Assembly (NCBI RefSeq): GCF_001194135.2
Contig: NC_068995.1
Coordinates: 13,693,407-13,757,389 of the forward strand
DNA: 63,983 nt
From: Octopus bimaculoides
Lineage: Eukaryota
Reading direction: 5' to 3'
The position numbers and the translations under genes were made by a program. Positions 63,226 to 63,983 of this stretch are shown here, in pieces. Each line of letters opens with the position of its first letter. Position 1 is the first letter of the stretch. The notes under the pieces were generated by a model. It did not search any database and was not told the origin of the DNA. It saw only the letters and a program-made list of their open reading frames with translations.

Positions 63226-63983
63226 AGTCATTAATTTTCTTCATCAATGAAAACAAAAATGAAGCTTGTTGTCTTTTAGTCCTGATTAAGATCTGTTCAA
63301 AAGTATTCCAGGCATGACCATCCTGTCTTCTTTTGAGGGTTAGTAAATCAAAAACTACATTATTCAATGTGTCCTTCCTTTTTGTTTTTTTTAAAACTTT
63401 TTCAAGACAGAAGAGTTTAGTAGGGTTTAGCTGCTATTTGTAGGAGGTCAAGCAACTGTATAGAAAAGTAAAAATATGAGCTGAAAAGCTGTTATATAAA
63501 GTCTAATGTGAAATATGTGTACAACAATCTAGTAATTCTTTCTGAAGTGTGTAAGATAGGAAACAACCTAGCTAATTGAAGGTAATAAAAAATGCATTGG
63601 AGGTATGTAATTTATTAATCAAAATTCATTAACAATGTACATACAAATATGCTGACTTACCTACCTACCTACCTACCTACCTACGTATCTCTATTGGGAG
63701 GACAAGGAGCTTAGTTTTTTTTTTTATTTCATTTCTTTTTTCTCATTCCATTTTTTGCATCAACCTTCTTCACTCCCCCCCCCCATATTTTTCCTTATTT
63801 TGTTTACTGTCCAGTATCCTTGTTTTCAAAATCTATATAACGCATAAACAGAGCCTGAAAGATTGCTTTAAGATACAAGGCCTATTTTATAAATATACTT
63901 GTTCAAGTAGCATAAAAGTATGAAACTATTAGTAGCTCATTCGGTTGTGTATTTAAATTTTATATATATATATATATATATAT

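Noticed and set aside
1-63983. CRISPR arrays, operons or other prokaryote-type systems
   Set aside because: No regularly spaced repeat-spacer array; the window is spliceosomal-intron-containing eukaryotic DNA and the recurrent motifs are dispersed SINE and MITE copies.

Overview
AT-rich animal genomic DNA from a gapped short-read assembly (7 N-gaps). The SINE and RTE repeat families resemble those of octopus, so a cephalopod source is inferred but not proven. Two convergent protein-coding genes are supported. (1) DENND6/FAM116 (Rab14 GEF family) on the minus strand: I traced 16 coding exons from 60312 to the stop at 18954. All have GT-AG boundaries and consistent phases and total 1308 nt (435 aa plus stop); the 5' exons lie beyond the window end. 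(2) An uninterrupted 493-codon plus-strand ORF (701-2182) whose first ~108 aa align by eye with the N-terminal domain of the meiotic telomere protein MAJIN, followed by a long Lys-rich tail with no evident transmembrane helix. The rest is intronic or intergenic DNA full of tRNA-derived SINEs, RTE and Penelope-like retroelement relics, piggyBac- and hAT-type MITEs, Helitron ends and microsatellites. I cannot confirm a wholly new biological system. The best leads are the MAJIN-like intronless gene, a hammerhead-ribozyme core just downstream of it, and an inverted SINE pair bracketing three DENND6 exons (candidate circRNA or A-to-I editing substrate). An Illumina adapter remnant sits at 44488-44504. 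Homology calls are from recalled sequences and by-eye alignment; no database searches were run.
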